A DNA stretch of 64,000 nt from Candidatus Aenigmatarchaeota archaeon (GTDB taxonomy: Archaea > Aenigmatarchaeota > Aenigmatarchaeia > Aenigmatarchaeales > Aenigmatarchaeaceae): assembly GCA_043814985.1 (NCBI GenBank), contig JBDRJK010000014.1:1-64000 (forward strand), in the 5' to 3' direction. Position 1 is the first letter of the stretch, and every line of letters starts with the position of its first letter. The notes below the pieces were generated by a model. The model saw only the letters and a list, made by a program, of their open reading frames with translations, was not told where the DNA came from and ran no database searches. A program made the position numbers and the translations under genes. Below, piece by piece: positions 39,315-49,508 of the stretch.

Positions 39315-40913
39315 CTAATTCAATCTCGCCTTGAAGAATACGAAAAGCATATCAAAGCCTCGCAAGTGTTCGTATATGTTTATTCTTTGCTCTATCAGCT
39401 CAAGGTTTTCTTTGCCGTCACCAAGACGGTCAACCCAGATATTTTCCTTTAACACATCCACTTCTCTCCCTTCAAGATAAGCATCAGCAACACTCTGGTT
39501 GAAAAGAGAATTCTCTACCCATATAGTAACATTCTCGCTTTTCATGTAGCTAACAACATTTTTATTTTCTAGAGCTTCTATTGCTTTGAAATTGACGACG
39601 CCGTCAATATTCACAACCTTTCTTTCACTGAAATAAATGTAGATGCCTGAATTGAAAGAGCCAACTATAGTTGAAGGCGTTGTGTTCCCTTTAATCCATA
39701 GGGCATCTTCGTACATCTCGCTTTGCCAGTTATAGTAGCCCTTATCCCACTGCCTAATCCCGTTGTTAACCAGAAGTAAAATAAAAAGCACAAAAATTGC
39801 AGCCATCAGCACATCATTTTTCTTTATTTTTTTAACAAGATTGTAAAAGCCATAGGATGCCATCATGATTATCATCGGCATTATCGGTGTAAGGTACCTT
39901 ATCTGAACGCCCCAGAAGTAGATGTTATAGAATGAGAGAAGAAGCAATGCGTACAAAATAAAAACATTCAATCTCTTGAAGCTGCTTAGAGAATACAAAA
40001 GTGTTACTGACACAAACAAGGATATTATGATTGTTATGAAGTTTGAATTAAAGTCAATTACCCCGAACTGGTGAGCCACTGCACCGGCAGATCTTACAAT
40101 ATTTTCTGTAATCATGCTAAGAGAATCTGAAATGCTTTCTGGCGCCACTGTATTAAGAAAAGGAAATATCCCATGCCCCATGTTGTATTTTGCAACAGCG
40201 CTGCTCTGGACAATGGAACCAAAGGTGGCATAGTTCCATAGAAACCACGGTGAAACAACAAGACCTGCCACAATGACTACTAAGGCACCTCTTTTGATAC
40301 CGGTGATTAATTTCTTCTTGCTTTTCCAGAGCATGTCCGCAAGTATTGCCATTAGCAAGAATATTCCATCCAATCTAGACAAGAGAGTCAAGCCTATCAG
40401 TGCACCCAAGACTATCAAATTCTTATTCTTCATTTTTTTGTCTAGGTTGCAATAGTAAAAAAGAGTCGTGATTACAAGAAAGACGTACAGAACCATCTCT
40501 ATGCCATTCAAACTCTGGAACATTATGAAAGGATTAAGACCATATAATGCAGCGCTCATGAGTCCAATCTTTTTACCAAATAACTTTTCAGATAATTTGA
40601 ACAACATGAAGACTGTCAGTGTATCAAGAATAGTTGCTATTGTCAATATTATGTTGACTGCAAGTTGTAGATTATCAGTCATCAAGAAAACAGGAGCTAG
40701 AATCACTCCCCACAGAGGCTGGAAACCGTTTGTAACATCCGCGCCGTTGTAGGTCACACCATTTCCCAGAGCTATGTTTCTTGCAACAGAAATGACATAG
40801 AAGGAATCGTCCAGGACAATCTTTTCTATGAGTTCAGGAACTTCCTGCCATGATATTGCAAGTCTTATTAGAAAGGACAGAAGAATTATGATTACCAGCA
40901 ATTTCTTCTTCAT
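39315..40913 (-). CDS. GT-C fold membrane glycosyltransferase (ArnT/PMT-like)
   Basis: DDSFY in first loop, many TMs, NGIE, RLD, PW, RY. Confidence 0.8.
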   Translation of the reverse strand: MKKKLLVIIILLSFLIRLAISWQEVPELIEKIVLDDSFYVISVARNIALGNGVTYNGADVTNGFQPLWGVILAPVFLMTDNLQLAVNIILTIATILDTLTVFMLFKLSEKLFGKKIGLMSAALYGLNPFIMFQSLNGIEMVLYVFLVITTLFYYCNLDKKMKNKNLIVLGALIGLTLLSRLDGIFLLMAILADMLWKSKKKLITGIKRGALVVIVAGLVVSPWFLWNYATFGSIVQSSAVAKYNMGHGIFPFLNTVAPESISDSLSMITENIVRSAGAVAHQFGVIDFNSNFITIIISLFVSVTLLYSLSSFKRLNVFILYALLLLSFYNIYFWGVQIRYLTPIMPMIIMMASYGFYNLVKKIKKNDVLMAAIFVLFILLLVNNGIRQWDKGYYNWQSEMYEDALWIKGNTTPSTIVGSFNSGIYIYFSERKVVNIDGVVNFKAIEALENKNVVSYMKSENVTIWVENSLFNQSVADAYLEGREVDVLKENIWVDRLGDGKENLELIEQRINIYEHLRGFDMLFVFFKARLN

Positions 40914-40965
40914 ACTATTTTATTTACAGAATAATGTTTAAATAAGTCGTGAAGGAACTATAAAA

Positions 40966-42288
40966 ATGGAAATTCTCCTTGTAATGCCTAAAAACCCTGT
41001 TTTTGCAGGTTCCAATACTTTGCCTGTTGGTATGGCTTATCTTGCGTCTTCTTTAGAGAAGGAAGGGCATGAGGTTGAATGCCTGGATTTCAGGGTTGAG
41101 CAAAACAAAAACATGAGAAATGTTGTCAAAGACTTTGATTTGATCGGCATATCGTCTTGCACACCCAGCATAAGGGAGGCATGGAAGCTTGCATCAATAG
41201 CAAAGAGATATGGAAAGCCTGTTGTGTTAGGCGGACCACACCCCTCAGCTTTGCCCATAGAATCATTGAAAAATAAATCTGTTGACATTATTGTCAGAGG
41301 CGAAGGCGAGGAGACTTTCAAGGAAATATGTAATGGAAAAAAGAAGAAAGACATTTTGGGCATATCCTACAAGAAAGGCAAGAGAATAGTTCACAACCCA
41401 AACAGGCCTTTCATAAAAGACTTGGATTCACTTCCTTTCCCAGCCAGGCATCTTTTCAAGTTCAGGGAATACCGCTCAGAATTCCACAGGCATAATGTTG
41501 TTGGAGATATACTGACAAGCAGAGGCTGTCCATTCAATTGTAATTTCTGTTACAAGGCTGTTTTCGGCAGGCAATACAGGGTCAGGTCTGCCAAGAACGT
41601 GGTAAGGGAATGGAAGGATATTATCAACATGGGTTACGAGGAAATAGGAATAATAGACGACAACTTTTCCGTGGACCAGAAAAGGGCAATTGATATTTGC
41701 AATATGATAACAAAACAAAAGCTGAATGTTGACTGGACTGCGACAAACGGTCTTAGGGTTGACAGCGTGTCTGCAGATTTGTTCAAAGCAATGAAAAAAA
41801 GCGGCTGTTACAGGATAGCATTGGGCGTTGAATCAGGATCCCAATACATCCTTGACAAGATAGGCAAGTGCACTAACTTGAAATTAATAAGAAACGCTGT
41901 GAAGCTGGCCAAGAAATTCAATTTTGAAACTTACCTCTTCTTCATGATTGGCAATCTCTATGAGACTGAGGAGACTGTCAGGAAAACAATTGAATTTGCA
42001 AAGGAGTTGGAAGGTGATTATACCCAGTTCACAGTGGCAACCCCATACCCAGGAACTCGCATGTATGACATAATAAAGAAAGAGGGGGAGTTCCTTGTGA
42101 ATGACTGGGAAAAATTCGGGTCTTATGAGAACAGGGCATATTTCGAGCACGGCGGAATAAATGCGGGTTTCGTGGAAAAGATGTACAAGAAGGCCTACAG
42201 GGAATATTACTTAAGACCGAGAATAATGTGGAAATACCTCAAGAAGCACAATTTTGGCATTTTGAAGGGATTGAGGTTTTTAAAATAG
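40966..42288 (+). CDS. cobalamin-binding radical SAM enzyme (2)
   Basis: GGPHP, GEGE, SRGCPFNCNFC, DDNF, PYPGT. Confidence 0.95.
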   Translation: MEILLVMPKNPVFAGSNTLPVGMAYLASSLEKEGHEVECLDFRVEQNKNMRNVVKDFDLIGISSCTPSIREAWKLASIAKRYGKPVVLGGPHPSALPIESLKNKSVDIIVRGEGEETFKEICNGKKKKDILGISYKKGKRIVHNPNRPFIKDLDSLPFPARHLFKFREYRSEFHRHNVVGDILTSRGCPFNCNFCYKAVFGRQYRVRSAKNVVREWKDIINMGYEEIGIIDDNFSVDQKRAIDICNMITKQKLNVDWTATNGLRVDSVSADLFKAMKKSGCYRIALGVESGSQYILDKIGKCTNLKLIRNAVKLAKKFNFETYLFFMIGNLYETEETVRKTIEFAKELEGDYTQFTVATPYPGTRMYDIIKKEGEFLVNDWEKFGSYENRAYFEHGGINAGFVEKMYKKAYREYYLRPRIMWKYLKKHNFGILKGLRFLK

Positions 42289-42298
42289 AGTGATAAAA

Positions 42299-43681
42299 AT
42301 GAAAATAGCTTTGGTGCAACCGAATTACAACATACAAAGAATGACAGGTGCTTGGGCTGTCAATCCTCCAATTGGTCTGGCCTATATTGCTGCGGTGTTG
42401 ATAGAAAATGATTTTGATGTTGAGATAATTGATGCCAATGCCTTGAATCTCAATACCAAACAGACTGCTAGAAAGCTAAAAAACTTTGACATTGTTGGTT
42501 TTAGTTTAATGACTCCTGCCCACAAATTTGCTGTTGACCTTGTTAAGAGTCCGATTCTCAGAAGAAAGCTAAAGATAGCAGGTGGCCCTCATGCTACGGG
42601 TTTTCCTGATGAGTTGCTTAGGGCCGGGTTTGACATAGCTGTGAGAGGAGAAGGCGAACAAACCATGCTTGAAATTGTCCAAGGTAAAAAACTAAGCAAA
42701 ATAAAAGGAATATCCTATAGGAAAGGTAGGAAAATAGTTCATAATCCTGATAGAGAACCATCCGATCCGAATAAAATTCCATTTCCAGCAAGAGACCTCC
42801 TTCCATCCAGAGGAGTTGACCAACCATATGTTTCCGCAGTAACCCAGTACAGACCTTGGTCCCCTATAATCACAAGCAGGGGCTGCCCGTTTAACTGCAA
42901 TTTCTGCAACAAGAAAATATTTGGTTATGCCTTTAGGGCGAGGACACCTGAGAATGTTGTTAATGAGATAAAACTGCTTGTTAACAAGTATGGTGTTAAG
43001 GAAATAGACATCTATGATGACTGTTTTAATTTTGATTTGGAAAGGGCTGAAAAAATACTTGATCTCATAATCAAGCGGAAAATCAAAGTGAAAATAAGAT
43101 GCTCCAATGGACTGAGAGCTGACAGGGTTAATGAGAGGTTCCTGAAAAAACTGAAAAAAGCCGGTTGCATTTACATAGCCTATGGCATAGAAACAGGAAA
43201 TCAGCGTGTTTTGGAAAGAATACCAAAAATGGAGACACTCGATCAGATAAGAAAGGCTGTTGTCCTTACAAAGAAAATGGGAATCACTGTCTGCGGCTTC
43301 TTCGTGTTTGGGTTATTGGGAGATACCAAGGAAACTATGCAGCAGACCATTGATTTTGCAAAGGAACTGCCACTTGATTTGGGTAGTTTTAACATAGCGA
43401 CTCCGTATCCAGGGACTAGGCTTTATGACATAGTGAAGAAAGAGGGCAAGTTTTTAATGAGTGATTGGGATATATTCCACCACACAAGCGGTAAGATGAT
43501 TTTTACACATCCTGATGTCGCACCACCAGAAGAAGTGGAGGATGCTTACAGAAGAGCACACAGGGAATTCTACATGCGTCCAACATATGTATTGAACAAG
43601 TTCCTAAAAATCAGAGGCCTTAAGGATGTAAGAATTATGTGGAGAGGTGTGAGGGGCATAATCAAGGTTCATTCCACTTAA
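42299..43681 (+). CDS. cobalamin-binding radical SAM enzyme (3)
   Basis: PPIGLAY, GGPHA, SRGCPFNCNFC, PYPGT. Confidence 0.95.
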   Translation: MKIALVQPNYNIQRMTGAWAVNPPIGLAYIAAVLIENDFDVEIIDANALNLNTKQTARKLKNFDIVGFSLMTPAHKFAVDLVKSPILRRKLKIAGGPHATGFPDELLRAGFDIAVRGEGEQTMLEIVQGKKLSKIKGISYRKGRKIVHNPDREPSDPNKIPFPARDLLPSRGVDQPYVSAVTQYRPWSPIITSRGCPFNCNFCNKKIFGYAFRARTPENVVNEIKLLVNKYGVKEIDIYDDCFNFDLERAEKILDLIIKRKIKVKIRCSNGLRADRVNERFLKKLKKAGCIYIAYGIETGNQRVLERIPKMETLDQIRKAVVLTKKMGITVCGFFVFGLLGDTKETMQQTIDFAKELPLDLGSFNIATPYPGTRLYDIVKKEGKFLMSDWDIFHHTSGKMIFTHPDVAPPEEVEDAYRRAHREFYMRPTYVLNKFLKIRGLKDVRIMWRGVRGIIKVHST

Positions 43682-43720
43682 AATATCAACTTATTTAAAA
43701 TCTAGGGAAATAAGATTTTT

Positions 43721-44407
43721 ATGAATAAAGATAGAGAGTTATATGACAGAATGGTTGAAGAATCGCCAACAGGTTACCAGTATATCTATTCAAAAGAGAC
43801 TTTGAAACTGCTGAATAAAATAATACCAAAAAATGTTAAAATTCTCGATGTTGGTTGTGGAACGGGTCACATACCTAAAAATCTCAAAAAAAGGAAATGG
43901 TATGGTGTGGATATTTCCCCGAAAAGCTTGGAAACAGTAAAAAGGGAAAAAATCTATAAGGAAGTTAAATTATCTGACATAACAAAAAAAATACCATACC
44001 CAAAAAATTATTTTGATGTTGTTTTTGCTCTAGGAATTTTTCATCACATTCCAGACAATATAAGAGAGTCCTTAAGAGAAATAAGAAAAGTCTTAAAAAA
44101 AGACGGCATTCTCATAGTCGTAGACCATAACCATAATAATTTAATGATAAGAAAAGCGCATGAAGGCATATTGAAAATAGTACCATGTGAAAACGAGAGA
44201 ACTGTAGATGAAAAATATTTAATGAATATAATGATTGAAGAGGGATTCACATCTACAAATGATGTTAAGTATATTAACATAAGAGGCGTGCAACAAGCTT
44301 TAACGCCCCCCCTCTGGAAAAAAATCTTTAAATGCCCGGTTTTGTATTTGTTAGGGTTAGTATCATTTCAACCAACCGACTATATGTTTAAAGTGAGAAA
44401 AAAATGA
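43721..44407 (+). CDS. class I SAM-dependent methyltransferase
   Basis: ILDVGCGTG, GVDIS, FDVV, HH, LKKDG. Confidence 0.92.
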   Translation: MNKDRELYDRMVEESPTGYQYIYSKETLKLLNKIIPKNVKILDVGCGTGHIPKNLKKRKWYGVDISPKSLETVKREKIYKEVKLSDITKKIPYPKNYFDVVFALGIFHHIPDNIRESLREIRKVLKKDGILIVVDHNHNNLMIRKAHEGILKIVPCENERTVDEKYLMNIMIEEGFTSTNDVKYINIRGVQQALTPPLWKKIFKCPVLYLLGLVSFQPTDYMFKVRKK

Positions 44408-45762
44408 AGGTAGCACTAATAAACCCAGGAAAGACAAACAGTCTATTTTCCGCACCTTTGAGTCTGGGTTATTTGGCATCCTATGCTAGAAAATACGGAA
44501 AAGAAAAGCATGATTTTATAATAATAGATGAAACTATAGGTCAAAAGATTGAAAAAAAGCTTTCAGAATTCCAGCCTGATGTTGTAGGAGTTAGTACTTT
44601 GACAACTGTCTCCAAAAGGGCTTATGAAATAGCAGAATTCGCCAAAAAACAGTTCAATGCTAAAACTATAATAGGTGGAATTCATGCCTCTGTTTTGAGA
44701 GAAAAAATTCTCAAAGACTCACTGTTCGATGTTGTCGTTGTTGGTGAGGGTGAGCAAACTTTTTTAGAGTTGTTGGAATCTAAAAATATGGAGAATATAA
44801 AGGGAATAATTTATAGAAAAGACAGCAAGATTATCCAAACAGAAAAGAGAGAATTAATTAAAAATATTGATATGATACCATTTCCAGCCCGTGATCTAAT
44901 GGATATAGAGTTTTATTTGTCAAGAAAAGACCAGATACAATCTTTGAATAAGAGAAATATAAACATTATAACAAGCAGGGGCTGTCCGTATAATTGTGTT
45001 TTCTGTTCTGTTAACAAAGTCTTTGGTGGTGTTGTCAGATTCCATTCTCCCGATTATGTTAAAAAAGAAATTACCGAACTTAAGAAATATAATTTCGAGG
45101 CGCTGTTTTTTACAGACGACACATTCACCATAAACATTCCAAGGCTAAAAGAAATATGCGGTTTTATTAAAAAGAACAATATTCCATTTTTTTGTTTGGG
45201 AAGGGCGAATCTGGTTAACAGAGAAATTCTTCAAATGCTTAAAGAATCCGGCTGTGCGGAAATAGGATTCGGTTTTGAATCAATGTCTCCAAAGATACTA
45301 AAATATTTGAAAAAGAATACTGTTACAGTAGAACAAAACAGAAATGCTGTTAGACTTTGTAAAGAAGTTGGTTTGAACCTTCAGTCTTATTTCATGATAG
45401 GCAGCCCCAATGAAACAAGAGAGGATATACAAAAGACAGTTGATTTTATTGACGAAGAAAAAATAATTCCAACAATTTTCGTTACAACTCCCTATCCTGG
45501 CACAGAACTTTGGGATTGGTGCGAAGAAAACGATTTGATTCCATCAGATATAAACTGGTCAAAGGCCCTTTTTGATTACAGAAGCCAACTTCATGCATCT
45601 AATGTCCTTACTAAAGAGGAAGTAACAAAAATTTTCCTTGATTTATTGGGAAAATACACTAAAAAAAGAAGTGCACTTAAAACTTTAAGGAAAATAATCC
45701 TAAGACCTGAAGTTTCCCTTGAAACTATAAAAGATTACATAAAAAATAAAGTGAATATATGA
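44404..45762 (+). CDS. cobalamin-binding radical SAM enzyme (4)
   Basis: GGIHA, GEGE, SRGCPYNCVFC, DDTF, PYPGT. Confidence 0.95.
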   Translation: MKVALINPGKTNSLFSAPLSLGYLASYARKYGKEKHDFIIIDETIGQKIEKKLSEFQPDVVGVSTLTTVSKRAYEIAEFAKKQFNAKTIIGGIHASVLREKILKDSLFDVVVVGEGEQTFLELLESKNMENIKGIIYRKDSKIIQTEKRELIKNIDMIPFPARDLMDIEFYLSRKDQIQSLNKRNINIITSRGCPYNCVFCSVNKVFGGVVRFHSPDYVKKEITELKKYNFEALFFTDDTFTINIPRLKEICGFIKKNNIPFFCLGRANLVNREILQMLKESGCAEIGFGFESMSPKILKYLKKNTVTVEQNRNAVRLCKEVGLNLQSYFMIGSPNETREDIQKTVDFIDEEKIIPTIFVTTPYPGTELWDWCEENDLIPSDINWSKALFDYRSQLHASNVLTKEEVTKIFLDLLGKYTKKRSALKTLRKIILRPEVSLETIKDYIKNKVNI

Positions 45763-47060
45763 TCACTCTTGTCTATCCAAGAACGCCCCAAACAATGAAA
45801 AGTGGTGGGAAATCCTGCCCTTTGGGCATTCAATACCTAGCTTCCTATCTGATAGACAATGGAATAAAAACCAACGTTATTGATTTCACATTTACAGATT
45901 GGAATGAATATGAAAACAAATTAAAAGAGCTGAACTCCGAATTCATTGGCTTTTCAATACAAACACCAATAGCAGAGGATGGATTAAGGGCTGTAGAGAT
46001 TGCAAGAAAGGTTTCTCCCAATTCTAAGATAATAGTTGGAGGAGCACATGCTACAGTTGCAACAAAAAGTTTGCTGGAAAATGAAAATATAGATTTTGTT
46101 GTGGTAGGAGAAGGGGAAAAGGCTCTCCTGAAAATAGTTTCTGGGCAAGCAAGTGGGAAAATAGTTCAGGGGGAGCACATTGAAAATCTGGATGAACTGC
46201 CTTTTCCAAAAAGAGAATTGATGAATTATGAAGAATATTTGAAAATAGGCCGTTCTATGGAACTAATGGTTTCAAGAGGATGTCCCTTTAACTGCATATT
46301 TTGCCAGCCAACACAGAGAAAACTATTTGGCAATAAGGTAAGGACAAGAAGCCCTGAGAATGTCATAGAAGAAATAAAATACATAATAGAAAAATATGGT
46401 AAAAACTTTATTTTTTTCTTTCTTGACGACACATTTACATGGAATGAGGAATGGCTTGAAAAATTCTGCAATATGGTAAAGCCTTTCAAAATAAGTTGGT
46501 CATGTTTGACTAGGGTAAACAGCGTGGATGAAAAGAAACTTAAAATGATGAAGGGGTCAGGCTGCATTTACATAGCCTATGGTATAGAATCTGGCTCCCA
46601 AAAAATTTTGAACTTCATGCGTAAAGGTATAACTGTAGAACAAATAAAGGAAGCATTTAAATTGACACATAAGACAGGGATTCTATGTTACGCATTCATT
46701 ATAATAGGAACTCCTACGGAAACAAAAGAAGACCTTGAAATGACAGTTGATTTGATAAAGGAAATACATCCAGACGGTATACAAATAAGCATAATGACCC
46801 CCCTAATAGGCACAGACTTGGATAATTATTGCTCTGAAAGGAAAATAGGAAATATAAAAAATCTTTCAGATTATCATTACTCTATGAACAATTACCCTAT
46901 AAAGTTGGAAAACCTTACAAAAGAGGACATATCATTTTATAAGAAAAAAATATTTAATGTTTCAAAATCAAAAAAATATAAAAACTATCCCAAATATATC
47001 AAGATGGCTTTGTTTAATAGGAAAATGTTATTTTTATTTTTAAAGAAGGATAGAATATAA
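45759..47060 (+). CDS. cobalamin-binding radical SAM enzyme (5)
   Basis: GGAHA, GEGE, SRGCPFNCIFC, DDTF. Confidence 0.95.
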   Translation: MITLVYPRTPQTMKSGGKSCPLGIQYLASYLIDNGIKTNVIDFTFTDWNEYENKLKELNSEFIGFSIQTPIAEDGLRAVEIARKVSPNSKIIVGGAHATVATKSLLENENIDFVVVGEGEKALLKIVSGQASGKIVQGEHIENLDELPFPKRELMNYEEYLKIGRSMELMVSRGCPFNCIFCQPTQRKLFGNKVRTRSPENVIEEIKYIIEKYGKNFIFFFLDDTFTWNEEWLEKFCNMVKPFKISWSCLTRVNSVDEKKLKMMKGSGCIYIAYGIESGSQKILNFMRKGITVEQIKEAFKLTHKTGILCYAFIIIGTPTETKEDLEMTVDLIKEIHPDGIQISIMTPLIGTDLDNYCSERKIGNIKNLSDYHYSMNNYPIKLENLTKEDISFYKKKIFNVSKSKKYKNYPKYIKMALFNRKMLFLFLKKDRI

Positions 47061-47112
47061 AAAAGTATATATATAGACTTAAAAGTGCTATTAATAGTTC
47101 AAGGCTAGTTAA

Positions 47113-47691
47113 ATGAATGTAAAAGAAAAAGCGAAAATATATTCGACTGATTACTACAAATCATTAAATAAACTGTTGAAAGAAAACGTCAAAGGTAATA
47201 AGATTTTTATAATGGGAACACATGCTGATAACGATGTCAAACAGTTTTTAGATAAAGATGTTTTGATTATAGATCCTTTCAATTCCTTTTTCAAAGAATA
47301 CAAAGAGGAATTCGAAAAATTCAAAAATATAAAAATTAAGAAAATGCTTTGGGAAGATATTAATGTAAATAAGATATTTGATTGTGTAATATGTTGCGAT
47401 TGTATAGAGCACTCCAAAAAACCTTACAAGATTCTGAACAAGATAACCAAATTATCAAACCGTATAATATTATCATGCCCCAATGGGTTTTGGTGGTTTA
47501 GAGACGCACACAGATATGAGGACCATGGGCACGGTGCCCATATTTCACATTTCACTATAGGAGAGCTCAAAAAATTCTTTAAACAAAGGGGATATAAGGT
47601 TGAGATAAGAGGACTATTACATTATCCATGGCTAAGAGGAATTTTTTCTCTAGGTATATTTTTGAAGGCAGTAAAAAATGAAAAAACCTAA
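47113..47691 (+). CDS. SAM-dependent methyltransferase-like protein
   Basis: FDCVICCDCIEH, ILSCPN, HISHFT; motif I degenerate. Confidence 0.75.
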   Translation: MNVKEKAKIYSTDYYKSLNKLLKENVKGNKIFIMGTHADNDVKQFLDKDVLIIDPFNSFFKEYKEEFEKFKNIKIKKMLWEDINVNKIFDCVICCDCIEHSKKPYKILNKITKLSNRIILSCPNGFWWFRDAHRYEDHGHGAHISHFTIGELKKFFKQRGYKVEIRGLLHYPWLRGIFSLGIFLKAVKNEKT

Positions 47692-48433
47692 AGTATCGTT
47701 GGTCGTTACAAGCTACAATAGAAAGGACTTAATTAAGAAATGCTTAAACTCATTACTAAACTTAGACTACCCAAATAAAGAAATCCTGATAGTAGATTCA
47801 GGATCAAAAGACGGAACATTAGAAATGCTAAGAAAGGAATTCTCAAAAATAAGACTCCTAACTACGAAAAGTGATTCTTTGGTAGAGGCGCACAATCTAG
47901 GGATAAAGGAAACTAATGGGGATTATTTCATGAGGGTAGATGATGATCTTGAACTCGATAAAAATTTCGTGAAAGAACTGGTAAAACTGATGGAGAAAGA
48001 TAAGAATATTGGGGTTTCTGGAGGAAAAATATATTATCCAAAAACAAACACAATTTGGTGTGTTGGTGGAAAGATAAACTTCCTAACTGGAATAGTTACG
48101 ACTCTTGGAATAGGAGAAAAAGACAAGGGTCAATATGATTATACGAGAGAAGTTGATTATATCGGCTCTTTGATGTTCACAAGAAGAGAGATATTCGATA
48201 AGATAGGCGTTCTGGATAAGAGGTTTTCCCCACTTTGCTATGAAGACATAGATTTTTGTGTCAGGGCCAGGAAAGGGGGTTATAAAGTAGTTTACGTCCC
48301 AACTGCTGTTGCTTATCATTATAGAAAGAATAGAAAAATGAATATGATGAGAAGAATTAGAAATGTTTGGCTGATACAATATCATAAGTTAAAATTTTTA
48401 GGGAAACATTTTGGCGGTAAAAGTGTTGTTTAA
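47678..48433 (+). CDS. GT2 glycosyltransferase
   Basis: SYN, VDSGSKDG, DDD, YEDIDFCVR. Confidence 0.92.
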   Translation: MKKPKVSLVVTSYNRKDLIKKCLNSLLNLDYPNKEILIVDSGSKDGTLEMLRKEFSKIRLLTTKSDSLVEAHNLGIKETNGDYFMRVDDDLELDKNFVKELVKLMEKDKNIGVSGGKIYYPKTNTIWCVGGKINFLTGIVTTLGIGEKDKGQYDYTREVDYIGSLMFTRREIFDKIGVLDKRFSPLCYEDIDFCVRARKGGYKVVYVPTAVAYHYRKNRKMNMMRRIRNVWLIQYHKLKFLGKHFGGKSVV

Positions 48434-49460
48434 CTGGCTAAGATACATTTATTGTAAAAACTCTGATAGACACCATGTTAGGTCTATAACTTTGGAAGTC
48501 ACGACTAAATGTAACAATAGATGCTTAATGTGCGATATATGGAAATCCAAAGACAAAAATGACATGAAGCTTGAAGATATAGAGAAATTCTTTAAAAACT
48601 CAAAGTTAAGGGATGTCAGAAGTTTTGCCTTCATGGGTGGGGAGACATACCTTTACACCCACTTAGTTGAAGCAACTAGACTACTCAAAAAATATGTACC
48701 ACATACACGCCTTTTCACCTCTTCAAACTGTTATGCTACCGATATTGTTGTCAAAAAAGCAGTTGTGATGAATGAAATTATGCCATTATATTTCTGTGCA
48801 TCATTAGACGGTTTGGAAAAGACCCACAATCACATAAGAGGAGTAAAGGATTCCTACAAACATGTGATGAAAACAATCAAACTTCTAAAAGAAAACGGAA
48901 TAGACCCCTTTGTGTCATTTACATTAGTCCCAGAAAATTACAAACAACTAGAAGAAGTTTATAAAAAGGTGAGAAAAATGGGCATTAAGAGCATGAGCTC
49001 AAGACCAGCTTCCTGTGGTGTCTATTTCGATAATTTAGACAAGAAATTTACCTTCACAGATAAACAGAAGGCAGAAATGCTCAAAGAGATGAAAAGAATA
49101 GATTATGGAGGTCATTTCCTGCTTTATGGGTCAGCGGAATTCCTCCAAGGAAGGAGAGTATTGCCTTGTGGCGCAGGCTACTTTTCTTGCTTCATAACCA
49201 AAAATTTCGATGTTTACCCTTGCACACATTGCCCCAAGGATTGGAATATGGGTAATCTAAGAAACTTTAATTTCAACCTAGAAAAACTTCTTGACTCTAA
49301 AAAAGCCAAAAAAATCAGAAGAAAGGTTGATGTATGTAATAGCTGTATTAACGATATGGAATTCTGCGCAACCTACTCTATGCAACAATTCAAAGTTGCC
49401 TCCTGGTTGTTGAGCAGAAAGCCTTTGTCATGGTTCTTTAAACAGCTATTTAAAAAATAA
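48411..49460 (+). CDS. radical SAM enzyme with SPASM/twitch domain
   Basis: CNNRCLMC, GGE, SLDG, CGAG...VYPC...C..C. Confidence 0.92.
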   Translation: MAVKVLFNWLRYIYCKNSDRHHVRSITLEVTTKCNNRCLMCDIWKSKDKNDMKLEDIEKFFKNSKLRDVRSFAFMGGETYLYTHLVEATRLLKKYVPHTRLFTSSNCYATDIVVKKAVVMNEIMPLYFCASLDGLEKTHNHIRGVKDSYKHVMKTIKLLKENGIDPFVSFTLVPENYKQLEEVYKKVRKMGIKSMSSRPASCGVYFDNLDKKFTFTDKQKAEMLKEMKRIDYGGHFLLYGSAEFLQGRRVLPCGAGYFSCFITKNFDVYPCTHCPKDWNMGNLRNFNFNLEKLLDSKKAKKIRRKVDVCNSCINDMEFCATYSMQQFKVASWLLSRKPLSWFFKQLFKK

Positions 49461-49508
49461 AAATCTGTTTTAGAAACATATTTAAAATTCGAACTTAAAG
49501 ATGATTGT

